From an uncultured Chromatiales bacterium (lineage in GTDB: Bacteria > Bacteroidota > Ignavibacteria > SZUA-365), in contig CAZWNO010000009.1 in the NCBI GenBank assembly GCA_964635845.1, forward strand, positions 1,622 to 65,621: DNA of 64,000 nt, given 5' to 3'. The notes beneath the pieces are model-generated. The model did no database searches. It saw only the letters and a program-made list of their open reading frames with translations, and was not told where the DNA came from. Below are positions 47,146 to 56,430 of this stretch, piece after piece; position 1 is the stretch's first letter, and each line of letters begins with the position of its first letter. Made by a program: the position numbers and the translations under genes.

Positions 47146-47846
47146 CGTTCTTCAGTCCGATTCTTGTCCGGGGAAAGTAACTGGCGCAGCCTTAGCCGCG
47201 CCCGGAAAATGCGTTTGCGCACCGTCGTCACCGGGACTTCCGTCATCCGTGCGATCTCGTCATAGCTGTAGCCCTGGTACTCGCAGAGCAGGAGGGCCTC
47301 GCGGTTGACCGCGGGCAGTTCCTGCAGCGCGCGTTCGAGGTCGTCATACTCCCCCGGCACCACATTCTCGCCGCCGGGGAGGAATTCTTCGAGTTCGCTC
47401 ACGTCCTTCGGGTACTTCCGGTCGCGGATCACGTTGAGGCAGCGGTTTCGCGCCGACCGCAGCAGGTAATGCTGCACATTCTCGATCTCGCCGCCGCCGC
47501 GCACGCGTTCGAGAAGATTGAGGAAGACCTCCTGGAAGATGTCCTCCGCCGCGGGCTGGTCACCGAGGAAGCGGGTGCAGTAAAGGTACACCCCCTGCTT
47601 GTAGCCGGCGTAGAGTTCCGCAAACGCCGCATTGTCTCCTTGACGGATACGCTGCTGCAGCTGCAGGTCCTGTGAGACGCTCTGACTCACTTCTTCAAGC
47701 ACATCGTTCCTGTAACCGTGACTGACACCGAAGCACCGCGGTCGCCCGAATGACACATCAACAGGGGAAAAATTCCCTCGCGAGAAAAAAAAGGAATCGG
47801 ACTGGGCTGTCCGCAGAAACATAGATGAAAGCGGGGGGAAAAGCAA
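47142..47846 (-). CDS. ECF-type RNA polymerase sigma-70 factor
   Basis: Region 2 (LQQRIRQGDNAAFAELYAGYKQGVYLYCTRFL...DIFQEVFLNLL) and region 4 HTH (EALLLCEYQGYSYDEIARMTEVPVTTVRKRIFRAR). The true start is probably downstream of the ORF-track start, for example GTG giving VLEEV at ~47702, since the track start abuts the next gene with no gap. Confidence 0.8.
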   Translation of the reverse strand: MLFPPLSSMFLRTAQSDSFFFSRGNFSPVDVSFGRPRCFGVSHGYRNDVLEEVSQSVSQDLQLQQRIRQGDNAAFAELYAGYKQGVYLYCTRFLGDQPAAEDIFQEVFLNLLERVRGGGEIENVQHYLLRSARNRCLNVIRDRKYPKDVSELEEFLPGGENVVPGEYDDLERALQELPAVNREALLLCEYQGYSYDEIARMTEVPVTTVRKRIFRARLRLRQLLSPDKNRTEER

Positions 47847-49820
47847 TTATTCTTCGAATTCCCGATCGATGGCATCGATCTCCGCCTGGACGTTTTCCCA
47901 TTCGGCGAAGGCGGAATCGAGCTGGACGGACAGGTCGCGGTACTGCTGTGTGAGAATTTTCGCCTTCTGCTCGTCGCGATAGGTCGCTTCGTCGGCGAGT
48001 GCGTTCTCGACGTCGGTCTTCTTCGACTCCAGATCGGCGACGAGCTTTTCGGCGCGGTCGAGGCGGTTCTTCAGGGGTTTGATGCGTTTGTAGCGATCCT
48101 GCCGGCGCGCGGCTTCCTCGCGCTTGCGGTCGCGGTCGCTGTGCACGGCGGACTTCCGCTCGACGACCTGTCCGGCGGCGTCGCGCCGGCGATGCTCTTC
48201 GAGTTCCTCGGCGCGCTTGCGCTGATAGTCGCTGACGCTGCCGAGCGTCATGCGGAGATGTCCGTCGCGGAAGTCGATGCACTTGTTCACCAGCGGCTCG
48301 AGGAAATCGCGGTCGTGCGAGACGATGACGAAGGACCCCTCGTAGCGCGAGAGGGCGTCCTGCAGAACGGCTTTCGAGCGCATGTCGAGATGGTTGGTGG
48401 GCTCATCGAGGATGAGCAGGTTCGAAGGTGTGAGCAGCATTTTCGCGAGCGCGAGGCGGCTTTTCTCTCCGCCGCTCAGCACGGAGACGAGCTTGTCGAC
48501 ATCGCTTCCGGAGAACATGAAGCAGCCGAGCAGCGTGCGCAGACGTTTGCGCACTTCTCCCGCGGCCACGAGGTCGAGGGTCTGGAGCACGGTGTTCTGC
48601 GGTACCAGTTCCTCCGCCTGGTTCTGTGCGTAGTACCCGATCGCGAGGTTGTGGCCGGGTTTGCGGATGCCCTCCTGAAAGGACTCGATGCCGGCGATGA
48701 TGCGCGCGAGCGTGGATTTCCCCGCACCGTTGACTCCGAGAAATGCAATCCGGTCGCCGCGCTCGATCGTCAGATCGAGGCCGCTGAACAGATGCAGGTT
48801 GCCGTAGGACTTCGCGATTCCCTGCAGTTCCATCAGGTAGCGCCCGGGCTGCGGCGGCTCGGGAAAATCGAAGGAGATGCCGCGCTCTTCGTCCTCGAGT
48901 TCGATCGGCTCGAGCTTCTCGAGCATGCGCAGCCGGCTCTGCACCTGCCGCGCCTTGGTGGACTTGTAGCGGAAGCGGTCGACGAACTGCCGGGTCTGCT
49001 TGATCTGCTGCTGCTGATTGTCGTAGGCCGCGCGCTGCTGCTCCATGCGCAGCACTTTCTGTTCGACAAAAAAGCTGTAGTTGCCGCTGTACTCGGTGAG
49101 CTTGCCGAGCGAGATCTCGATCGTCCGCCTCGTGAGATTGTCGAGAAACCGCCGGTCGTGGGAAATCAGGACAATCGAATTTTCATATCCGAGAAGGTAT
49201 TCCTCGAGCCACTGCAGGGCATCGAGATCAAGGTGGTTGGTGGGCTCATCGAGCAGCAGGATGGTGGGCTCGCGGAGCAGCAGCTTCACGAGGGCGATGC
49301 GCATCTGCCAGCCGCCGCTGAACTCCTCGGTGGCGCGCTGGAAGTCGCGTTCGGCAAAGCCGAGCCCCGTCAGTACCTGTGCGACTTTTGTCTGGATGTT
49401 GTACCCCTCGCGATGCTCGAGCACATGCTGCACCTCGCCGAGTTCCTCCACCTTGCGATGCAGGATTTCGTCGTCGGGATGGACCTCCTGCGAAAGCCGC
49501 GAAATCTCTTCGCTGAGGATGTCGACACGGTCGTGCATGGCGATGATGTCATCGAAGGCGGTGGAGGCCTCGTCGAAGAGCGTTCGTCCGCTGTGCAGGA
49601 TGCCCTCCTGCGGGAGGTAGCCGACGGTGTTGCTGCGCGACTGCGCGATCTCCCCGCTGTCGGGTTCCATCTCCCCCGTGATGATCTTCATCAGCGTGGA
49701 TTTGCCGGTGCCGTTCGAACCGACAATGGAAACACGCTCGTTGTCGCCTATGCGCAGCGAAACGTCCTTGAACAGGACCTTGCCGGGATACTCCTTCGTG
49801 ATGCTGTTGAGAGAGATCAT
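47847..49820 (-). CDS. ABC-F family ATPase (Uup/YbiT-like; two ABC domains, no TMD, C-terminal coiled coil)
   Basis: 657 aa. Two Walker A motifs (GSNGTGKST, GVNGAGKST). Two signature LSGG motifs. Charged coiled-coil C-terminus. Confidence 0.85.
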   Translation of the reverse strand: MISLNSITKEYPGKVLFKDVSLRIGDNERVSIVGSNGTGKSTLMKIITGEMEPDSGEIAQSRSNTVGYLPQEGILHSGRTLFDEASTAFDDIIAMHDRVDILSEEISRLSQEVHPDDEILHRKVEELGEVQHVLEHREGYNIQTKVAQVLTGLGFAERDFQRATEEFSGGWQMRIALVKLLLREPTILLLDEPTNHLDLDALQWLEEYLLGYENSIVLISHDRRFLDNLTRRTIEISLGKLTEYSGNYSFFVEQKVLRMEQQRAAYDNQQQQIKQTRQFVDRFRYKSTKARQVQSRLRMLEKLEPIELEDEERGISFDFPEPPQPGRYLMELQGIAKSYGNLHLFSGLDLTIERGDRIAFLGVNGAGKSTLARIIAGIESFQEGIRKPGHNLAIGYYAQNQAEELVPQNTVLQTLDLVAAGEVRKRLRTLLGCFMFSGSDVDKLVSVLSGGEKSRLALAKMLLTPSNLLILDEPTNHLDMRSKAVLQDALSRYEGSFVIVSHDRDFLEPLVNKCIDFRDGHLRMTLGSVSDYQRKRAEELEEHRRRDAAGQVVERKSAVHSDRDRKREEAARRQDRYKRIKPLKNRLDRAEKLVADLESKKTDVENALADEATYRDEQKAKILTQQYRDLSVQLDSAFAEWENVQAEIDAIDREFEE

Positions 49821-49827
49821 CCGGCGG

Positions 49828-51954
49828 TCAATTCATCAGATGCTTCTTGAACCACGCGTGGAACTCGCTGTACCACAACTGCGCGTTGCGGGGTTTGAGC
49901 ACGAGATGGCCTTCGTCGGGGAAATACAGGAACTTGCTCTCGATGCCGCGGCGCTGCAGCGCCGTGAACAGCTGCATGCCCTGCTCGACAGGGACGCGGA
50001 AGTCCTGCTGTCCATGAACGACATACGTCGGGGTGTTGAAATTCGCCGCCTTGCGGCTGGGAGACCATTTGTCGTACATCTTCTGGTTGGTCCAGGGCGT
50101 GCCCTTGAATTCCCATTCGGTGAACCACAGTTCCTCGGTGCCGCCGTACATGCTCGTGAGGTCGTACACGCCGTCATGGCAGAAGATGGCCTTGAAGCGG
50201 TTCGTGTTGCCGAGGAACCAGTTCATCATGTAGCCGCCGTAGGACGCGCCCGCCGCGCCGATGCGGTCCTTGTCGATGAAAGGATATTTCTTCAACACGA
50301 AGTCGAGACCCTTCATCAGGTCCTTGTACGGTGCGCCGCCCCAGTCACCGTTGACGCCGTCGGTGAACGCCTGGCCGAAGCCCTGCGAGCCGCGGCAGTT
50401 GACGGCGACGACCACGAAGCCCGGCGCGGAGAAGAGCGCGGTATTCCAGCGGTAATGGAAGTTGTCCGCCCAGACGCCCTGGGGACCTCCATGCACGAGG
50501 TAGATCATCGGATATTTTTTCTTCGCATCGAAATCGGGAGGGACGATGATCCATCCCTGCACTTCGGCGCCGTCGAAGCTCTTGAAGGTGAAGGTTTCCG
50601 GTGCGGGCATGGCAATGCTGTCGAGGAGCGCCTCGTTCGTCGTCGTGAGCTGCCGGATGTCGAAGAGACGCTTCCCGTCATAGCGGATGCTCATCACCTC
50701 CGTGGGATAGTTCTGCCGCTCACCGAGAAACACCAGCTGCTCGCCGTCGGGATGGAGGCGGAAACCATGCCGGTAGGTGCCGAGCTCCAGGATCTGGACG
50801 GTGTCCAGGTGCGCATACTGCAGCTCGAGCATGCCCTTCATCACGCGCAGAACGTCTCCGCCCATGGCGGGGACTTCGAACAGCGAGATGTAGGGACCAT
50901 CCTGCGCGGTGAAGAGCAGCCGCTTGCCATCCTTCGTCCACAGGATCTCATCCACCGAGCGGTCGACGCCCTCTGTGAGCAGTGTGGTGTTCCCGCTCTG
51001 ACGATCGAACACCTTGAGATCGTATTTATCAGCCTCGTAGCCCGCACGCGCCATGCTGCGGTAGGCGATGTAGCGGCCGTCGGGCGAATACACAGGCTGA
51101 TTGTCATTGCCCTTGTTCGTCGTGGTGATGCAGCGCGCATTGCTTCCTTCCAGGTTCACGAGCCAGATGTCGTTGTTCGTGCTCGCGGCGACCATCGGAT
51201 CGGTGTTCTTCACGAACGCCATTTCCCTGCCGTCGGGCGAGGCGACGAAATCCTGTCCGCCGCCGATGTCGATGGGCGGAGTGTCGAAAGGCCCGGGTGT
51301 GAGGTCGCGCGGAATGCCGCCCGCGGCGGGAATGACAAAGACGTGGCTGTACTTGTCATCCTTCCAGCTGTTCCACACACGGTAGGGCAGCTTCTCGATG
51401 ATCCGTGCCTTGACGGGATTCCTTTCCTTCTCCTCGTCGCGGATGCGGTTGCACGCGTCATCCTTGCAGTCAGGATAGACGCTCGACGAGTACAGGAAAT
51501 GCGTGCCGGGGGGAGTCCACTCGAACGCGTCTATGCCGGTCGAAATATTCGTCATTCGCTTCTGTCCCGAACCATCGGGATTCATCGCCCAGATCTGCGA
51601 ACCGTTTTCGCGGGAGGAGATGAACGCGATGCTCTTGCCGTCGGGTGACCAGCGGGGACGCGAATCACCCGCGGGTGCATCGGTCAGGCGCGTGGCGTTC
51701 TTGCCGTCGACGTCCACTCGCCAGATGTCACTGTTCGGCTTGTTCGTCTCGAGGCTGTAGAATGTGACGACGTACAGGATGTGCTGCCCGTCGGGCGCGA
51801 TCTGGGGATCGCTCACCCTGCCCAGCGCATACATGTCCTCGAAGGTGAACGGCCGCTGCGGCGTCTCCTGCATCAGCTGGATTTTCTCGATCTGCTGCGC
51901 CTGCATGGCGATCGACAGAAACATCAAGAGCGCGACAAAACGGAATCGTGACAT
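49828..51954 (-). CDS. S9 family serine peptidase (prolyl oligopeptidase/acylaminoacyl-peptidase type) with N-terminal beta-propeller
   Basis: ORF runs to 52137. Likely start MSRFRFVALLMFLSIAMQAQQ (signal peptide). TolB-like propeller repeats (PDG..I.Y). Catalytic-domain GxSxGG motif GASYGGYM. Confidence 0.8.
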   Translation of the reverse strand: MSRFRFVALLMFLSIAMQAQQIEKIQLMQETPQRPFTFEDMYALGRVSDPQIAPDGQHILYVVTFYSLETNKPNSDIWRVDVDGKNATRLTDAPAGDSRPRWSPDGKSIAFISSRENGSQIWAMNPDGSGQKRMTNISTGIDAFEWTPPGTHFLYSSSVYPDCKDDACNRIRDEEKERNPVKARIIEKLPYRVWNSWKDDKYSHVFVIPAAGGIPRDLTPGPFDTPPIDIGGGQDFVASPDGREMAFVKNTDPMVAASTNNDIWLVNLEGSNARCITTTNKGNDNQPVYSPDGRYIAYRSMARAGYEADKYDLKVFDRQSGNTTLLTEGVDRSVDEILWTKDGKRLLFTAQDGPYISLFEVPAMGGDVLRVMKGMLELQYAHLDTVQILELGTYRHGFRLHPDGEQLVFLGERQNYPTEVMSIRYDGKRLFDIRQLTTTNEALLDSIAMPAPETFTFKSFDGAEVQGWIIVPPDFDAKKKYPMIYLVHGGPQGVWADNFHYRWNTALFSAPGFVVVAVNCRGSQGFGQAFTDGVNGDWGGAPYKDLMKGLDFVLKKYPFIDKDRIGAAGASYGGYMMNWFLGNTNRFKAIFCHDGVYDLTSMYGGTEELWFTEWEFKGTPWTNQKMYDKWSPSRKAANFNTPTYVVHGQQDFRVPVEQGMQLFTALQRRGIESKFLYFPDEGHLVLKPRNAQLWYSEFHAWFKKHLMN

Positions 51955-52012
51955 TCTCTTCTCCAAAATAATCTTCGTGTCTACTTCGTGCCTTCGCGTT
52001 TTCGTGGTTTTC

Positions 52013-52984
52013 CTATTTCTTTCGCGACACGACGAAATCCGCCAATTGAAGCAGCGATTGCTTCGCATCGCTTTCGGGCAAAACCTCGATCTGTGCCTTG
52101 GCGCGGTCGCGGAATTCCCCTGCCGTCTTCCGGGCATATTCGATACCGCCGAATTCCTCGACGAACCGCACGATATTATCTATGTCCTTCCGCTTGACGC
52201 CGCTTTTCAACCTGCGCAGGACTTCCCTTCTCCGTGCGGAAGGCGCGTTCGCGAAGGCGTGGATGAGCGGCAGGGTGAATTTCTTTTCCTTCAGGTCGCC
52301 GCCCACGGGCTTGCCGATCGCGGCTTCCGTACCGGTGAAATCGAGAATATCGTCGCGTATCTGGAAGGCGATACCGATGTTTTCGCCGTACTCGCGCATG
52401 CGGTCCACGATGCCGGTGTCGCGCGTCGCGCTCAACGCGCCGATCTCGCAACAGGTCGCCAGCAGCGAGGCGGTCTTGTCGCCGATGATATGGAAATACG
52501 TCTCCTCGTCGTTGCGCAGCTGCCGCGATTTCTGAATCTGCAGCAGTTCGCCCTCGCTCATGCGCTTGACGGCGGTGGAGGTGCAGCGGAGGAAAGCGAT
52601 GTCGTCGTGCTCGAGCGAAAGAAGGAGACCGCGCGAGAGCACGTAATCACCCAGGAGCACGGCGATCTTGTTCTTCCATATGGCGTTGATGGAGGGCCAG
52701 TTGCGGCGTGTCTCGGCGTCGTCGACCACATCGTCGTGAATCAACGTTGCGGTGTGGAGCAATTCGACCAGCGCCGCGCCGCGGAACGTGGCCTCGCGGA
52801 TGCCGCCACAGGCCGCGGCCGAGAGCATGACGAGGGCGGGACGAATGCGCTTGCCCTTGCGCTTGATGACATAACGGACGGCTGTATCCACAAGTCCGAC
52901 GTTCGATTTCAGCGCCAGGCGGAAATGCGCTTCGAAACTCCTGAGATCTCCCTGCACCGGTGCGATGATCGTGTCGAGATTCAC
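52013..52984 (-). CDS. Polyprenyl diphosphate synthase (IspB-like, trans-isoprenyl diphosphate synthase family)
   Basis: 323 aa. First and second Asp-rich motifs LIHDDVVDD and FQIRDDILD. Confidence 0.85.
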   Translation of the reverse strand: MNLDTIIAPVQGDLRSFEAHFRLALKSNVGLVDTAVRYVIKRKGKRIRPALVMLSAAACGGIREATFRGAALVELLHTATLIHDDVVDDAETRRNWPSINAIWKNKIAVLLGDYVLSRGLLLSLEHDDIAFLRCTSTAVKRMSEGELLQIQKSRQLRNDEETYFHIIGDKTASLLATCCEIGALSATRDTGIVDRMREYGENIGIAFQIRDDILDFTGTEAAIGKPVGGDLKEKKFTLPLIHAFANAPSARRREVLRRLKSGVKRKDIDNIVRFVEEFGGIEYARKTAGEFRDRAKAQIEVLPESDAKQSLLQLADFVVSRKK

Positions 52985-53697
52985 TCGGCCACCCTCCCGC
53001 CCTTCTTCTGACTGAACTTGCTGATCCAGATACTGATCTCGTAGAGAAAAACCAGCGGAATCGCCATCATGAGCATGCTGACCGGATCGGGTCCGGGTGA
53101 GATCAGCGCAGCGACGAAGGCGCTCACCACCATGGCGTGGCGCCAGAACTTGCGCATGATCTTCGGGGAAAGGATGCCCAGCCGCGAGAGAAAGAAGGAG
53201 AGCATCGGCAGCTCGAACACGAGTCCCGCGCCGATCATGAGGGTGAGAATGAAATCGAAATAGTACTCGACCGAAATGATGTTGTCGATGGCCGGCGTGC
53301 CGAAGGTCACGAAGAACCGGAGCGCCGCGGGGAGGATGAAGAAATACGCGAATGCGACGCCTATGAGAAAACAGATCGAGGTGAAAATGACGATGGAACT
53401 GATGTAGCGGCGTTCGCGGGGATAGAGGCCTGGCGCGATGAATTTCCAGATCTGGTAGACGATGTTCGGGATGCTCAGGACGATGCCGCCGAATACGGCG
53501 ACCTGCATATAGATCAAGACCTGTCCGAAGGGACGCAGGTTCTGCAGATGCATCTTGTACTGTGTGGCCGGAGCCAGCAGCACGTACTGCATCAGCGGAT
53601 CGATGAAAAACCAGAGTCCCACCGCGCAGACCACGATACCGATCATGCTGTAGATGATGCGCCAGCGCAACTCCTCGAGATGGTCAAGAAAAGACAT
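52981..53697 (-). CDS. tatC: Twin-arginine translocase subunit TatC
   Basis: ORF track extends to 53853 with a Glu/Gly/Lys-rich N-terminal extension. The conserved TatC core begins at MSFLDHLEELRWRII. Six TM helices. 4-bp overlap with the downstream polyprenyl synthase gene. Confidence 0.8.
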   Translation of the reverse strand: MSFLDHLEELRWRIIYSMIGIVVCAVGLWFFIDPLMQYVLLAPATQYKMHLQNLRPFGQVLIYMQVAVFGGIVLSIPNIVYQIWKFIAPGLYPRERRYISSIVIFTSICFLIGVAFAYFFILPAALRFFVTFGTPAIDNIISVEYYFDFILTLMIGAGLVFELPMLSFFLSRLGILSPKIMRKFWRHAMVVSAFVAALISPGPDPVSMLMMAIPLVFLYEISIWISKFSQKKGGRVAE

Positions 53698-54060
53698 CTC
53701 CTTCCCTTCTCCCGCTTTCTCTTTTCCCTTTTCCGTTCCGCGGCTCTCTCCATCCGTCTCATCACCGGCAGGGGAATGTCCGCCGAAGCCCGGTTCTTCG
53801 GGATGCCCGGCCTCACGGACGTTGTAAGGAATATCTTCGCGTTCTTCTTTCATCGTTTTCCGGTGCGCAACGAACGGTCTGCGTGTAATTTTCTAAAATA
53901 CGAAAATTACGTAAAGGAGGTAAGGGCGGGAAACGTCCACGTCCTGAGCCCGGTGTGGAGCGGCCCTGCGCGTGCTGCTTCCCCGGCGGCGGCGGCGCCG
54001 CACGCTTTGCTGTTTGGCATTGCGCGTGTAAATTCAAAGTTATTTCCATGTCGCGATAAG

Positions 54061-56253
54061 ATGGGACGCATGACTGAACACCGCATCGAGTACACGAGGA
54101 GATATGTTCTCCTGATCTCCGCAATCTCCGTCGTCGGTCTGCGCATCGCGGCGCTTGTCATCGACGATCAGCGTACGTGGGGACTGGATATGTTCCGCTA
54201 CCTCGACGGCTGGTGGTTGATCGCGTTCTCCGTGCTACCCCTGCTGGCAGCCCTTCCCGCGGCGGAGGCGCTGTTCGCGCGGTTGTTCGCCAGGCGCAGC
54301 CTGAACTGGACATATGCGGCGTGGGGAGGGATCGCGATGCTGCTGCTCGCGGCCGTGCTTTCTCCCATGCAGACCTTCTTCTACGGCGACGGAGGACCGC
54401 TGGTCGCGGAGGTCTACAAAATCGGCTCGCAGGAGCAATATACGAGCACGATGCTTCTGAATGTGCAGTCCGCTCCCCTCGCGGGTGCGTTCCTTCATCT
54501 TTTTGCCGTCGCGATTCCCACTGTCATGTATTCGATCGGACTTTCCTTGCCGAAGACGCCGCTGTTTCCTTTCTTCTGCATCTCATTGCTGGGCGTCGTG
54601 CTATTGGGTGTCGTGCTGCATATGGAAAAGGACCGGCGCCTGCGGCTTCCGCTGCTGCTGCTCCTCATCGGTACCGGTGGAGGATTGTTCTTCTTCAGTT
54701 ACGCGGAAATGTACCTCCCTGTTTTTCTCGCCGTGACCGCCTATCTGTTCGCCGGTGCCTCCGCGCTGCGCGGCGGGCGTCCCGTCTGGCCCGCGGTGCT
54801 TCTCTTCATCGTCGCCGTTGCTGCCCATTACATGGCGGTCGCGCTGCTGCCCTCGGTGCTGTACCTGCTCCTGCACAGGAATGCATTGGTGCGGAGGCAC
54901 ACAGCCTCGCCCCGCGCCCTCGCAATCAGTTTTGCCGGGCTCTGCATACTGGCGCTCGCTGCGTATTTCGCTCTGGGTTTCCATCAATCCGACAGTCGCG
55001 TGATCATGCCACTTCTGCCGGTACACACGCCCGCGGGCACGCTTTCCTACACGCTGCTCTCGTCCTATCATCTCCTGGACCTGGTGAACCTGCTGCTGCT
55101 CCTGGGCGCGTTCCCCTTGATTCTCCTGCTGCTCCAGGGAGCGCGTATGCGCGGCGGGAAGCGGAACGAGAAAGCCGAATCGCGGAAACCGGTCAACGGG
55201 AGCGGGGAGGCGCTGCGGTTCCATCTGATTGCCGGATTTTCATTTCTTCTATTCCTTTTCTTCGCGAACACCTCGCTCGGGCTCGCGCGGGACTGGGACA
55301 TCGCCGCTCCGCTGGGCGTGCTGGTCGTCACGACGCTGGTCGAGGTGCTGCGGGGAAACCTGCGCGGTGCGATGCGCGACCCGCAAGCTGCGTACTTCCT
55401 GCAAGCGGGCGTCGTTGCCGCGCTGTTCGTCGTGCCGTGGATCGCGGTGAACGTGAATGTCGACGCTTCGACGGCGCGATTCGCGGAAATCATGACGCTC
55501 GACGACGAGCACATGTACGGCGATTATGCGCTGAGCGGGTACGAGGCGCTGCGCAAGCAGGCCGTGCATGCGGGCGACGCAGATTGGGAGGGGGAGATTC
55601 TGCAGCGCATGGTCGAAATCGTCGGATACACCGAGCAGTACCGCTTGCTCATCGCCAACGCTCTGTATCATGCCGAAAGTCAGCCGGAGAAGTACATGCT
55701 GCTTAACAACTGGGTACTCGACAGATTGGAGCGCACCGCCGCGGAACTGCGGTCGCGCGGGCGGCAGGGCAATTACGCGATCAATCTCAAGCAGATCGAT
55801 TCACTCGCGGCGGTGATGGCGATCGAATCGGTCACCTATGGAAATATGCAGAACATGTCGCCGCGCATCGACACCTTCGCGGAACGGTCCGGATGCCTGA
55901 CGGCGCGAAATATCCTGCGCGGTACCGGGCAATACCTCAAGCAGGATTTCTCCGCGGCAATTCCTTTTTTCGCGGAAGTGCGCGCAGCGGATTTCCGCGA
56001 TCGCCGTGTCGACGGCATGTACGGAACAAGCCTGTATCTCGGGGGAGACAAAATTTCCGGGGAGACGGAGTTCCATGACGGCCTGCAGCGCTATGACAAG
56101 AATCCCCAGTACCTGTTCATAGTCGCGACCAGCTACCTGCACATGAAGGAGCACATAGAGGAGGCGCGCGCACTGTTGGAAAGAGCACTGGCGCTGAATC
56201 CTCCGGCCGATGCGCGGGCGAAGATCGAGAACATCCTCGGACAGCTGGACTGA
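54061..56253 (+). CDS. Polytopic membrane protein with C-terminal TPR-like helical domain (function unknown; possibly glycosyltransferase-39/DUF2723-like)
   Basis: The ORF-track ORF 53137..56253 (1038 aa) has its first ~900 nt antisense to tatC. The in-frame ATG at 54061 (MGRMTEHRIEY) follows an AT-rich promoter-like region. More than 12 hydrophobic helices, then a soluble helical C-domain. Confidence 0.5.
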   Translation: MGRMTEHRIEYTRRYVLLISAISVVGLRIAALVIDDQRTWGLDMFRYLDGWWLIAFSVLPLLAALPAAEALFARLFARRSLNWTYAAWGGIAMLLLAAVLSPMQTFFYGDGGPLVAEVYKIGSQEQYTSTMLLNVQSAPLAGAFLHLFAVAIPTVMYSIGLSLPKTPLFPFFCISLLGVVLLGVVLHMEKDRRLRLPLLLLLIGTGGGLFFFSYAEMYLPVFLAVTAYLFAGASALRGGRPVWPAVLLFIVAVAAHYMAVALLPSVLYLLLHRNALVRRHTASPRALAISFAGLCILALAAYFALGFHQSDSRVIMPLLPVHTPAGTLSYTLLSSYHLLDLVNLLLLLGAFPLILLLLQGARMRGGKRNEKAESRKPVNGSGEALRFHLIAGFSFLLFLFFANTSLGLARDWDIAAPLGVLVVTTLVEVLRGNLRGAMRDPQAAYFLQAGVVAALFVVPWIAVNVNVDASTARFAEIMTLDDEHMYGDYALSGYEALRKQAVHAGDADWEGEILQRMVEIVGYTEQYRLLIANALYHAESQPEKYMLLNNWVLDRLERTAAELRSRGRQGNYAINLKQIDSLAAVMAIESVTYGNMQNMSPRIDTFAERSGCLTARNILRGTGQYLKQDFSAAIPFFAEVRAADFRDRRVDGMYGTSLYLGGDKISGETEFHDGLQRYDKNPQYLFIVATSYLHMKEHIEEARALLERALALNPPADARAKIENILGQLD

Positions 56254-56430
56254 TCTCCGCACATCGTGGCGATCGGTGGACCCACGGGCGAAGGAGAGCC
56301 GGACGGCTATGTCTCTGTCAGCGCTTCCGGCAGTAATCTCACCGTGTGAACTGTTTTGCTCCAAGCGGACGTTTCTCCATTTTAGAAGATTGAAATCACG
56401 GTAGCGGAATCGACGGCTTCACACAGAGCG

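Noticed and set aside
47702-47846. N-terminal 48 codons of the ECF sigma ORF
   Set aside because: Sigma region 2 begins ~15 aa after 47702. The longer start would abut the ABC-F gene with zero spacer and add a non-conserved 48-aa leader. The alternative is kept in the feature note.
49627-51648. 673-aa plus-strand ORF
   Set aside because: It is antisense to the S9 peptidase gene, which has clear catalytic and propeller motifs. Low-complexity Arg/Ala-rich translation.
53137-54060. N-terminal ~300 codons of the 1038-aa plus ORF
   Set aside because: It overlaps tatC on the opposite strand. Charged low-complexity translation. A credible ATG with an AT-rich upstream region lies at 54061.
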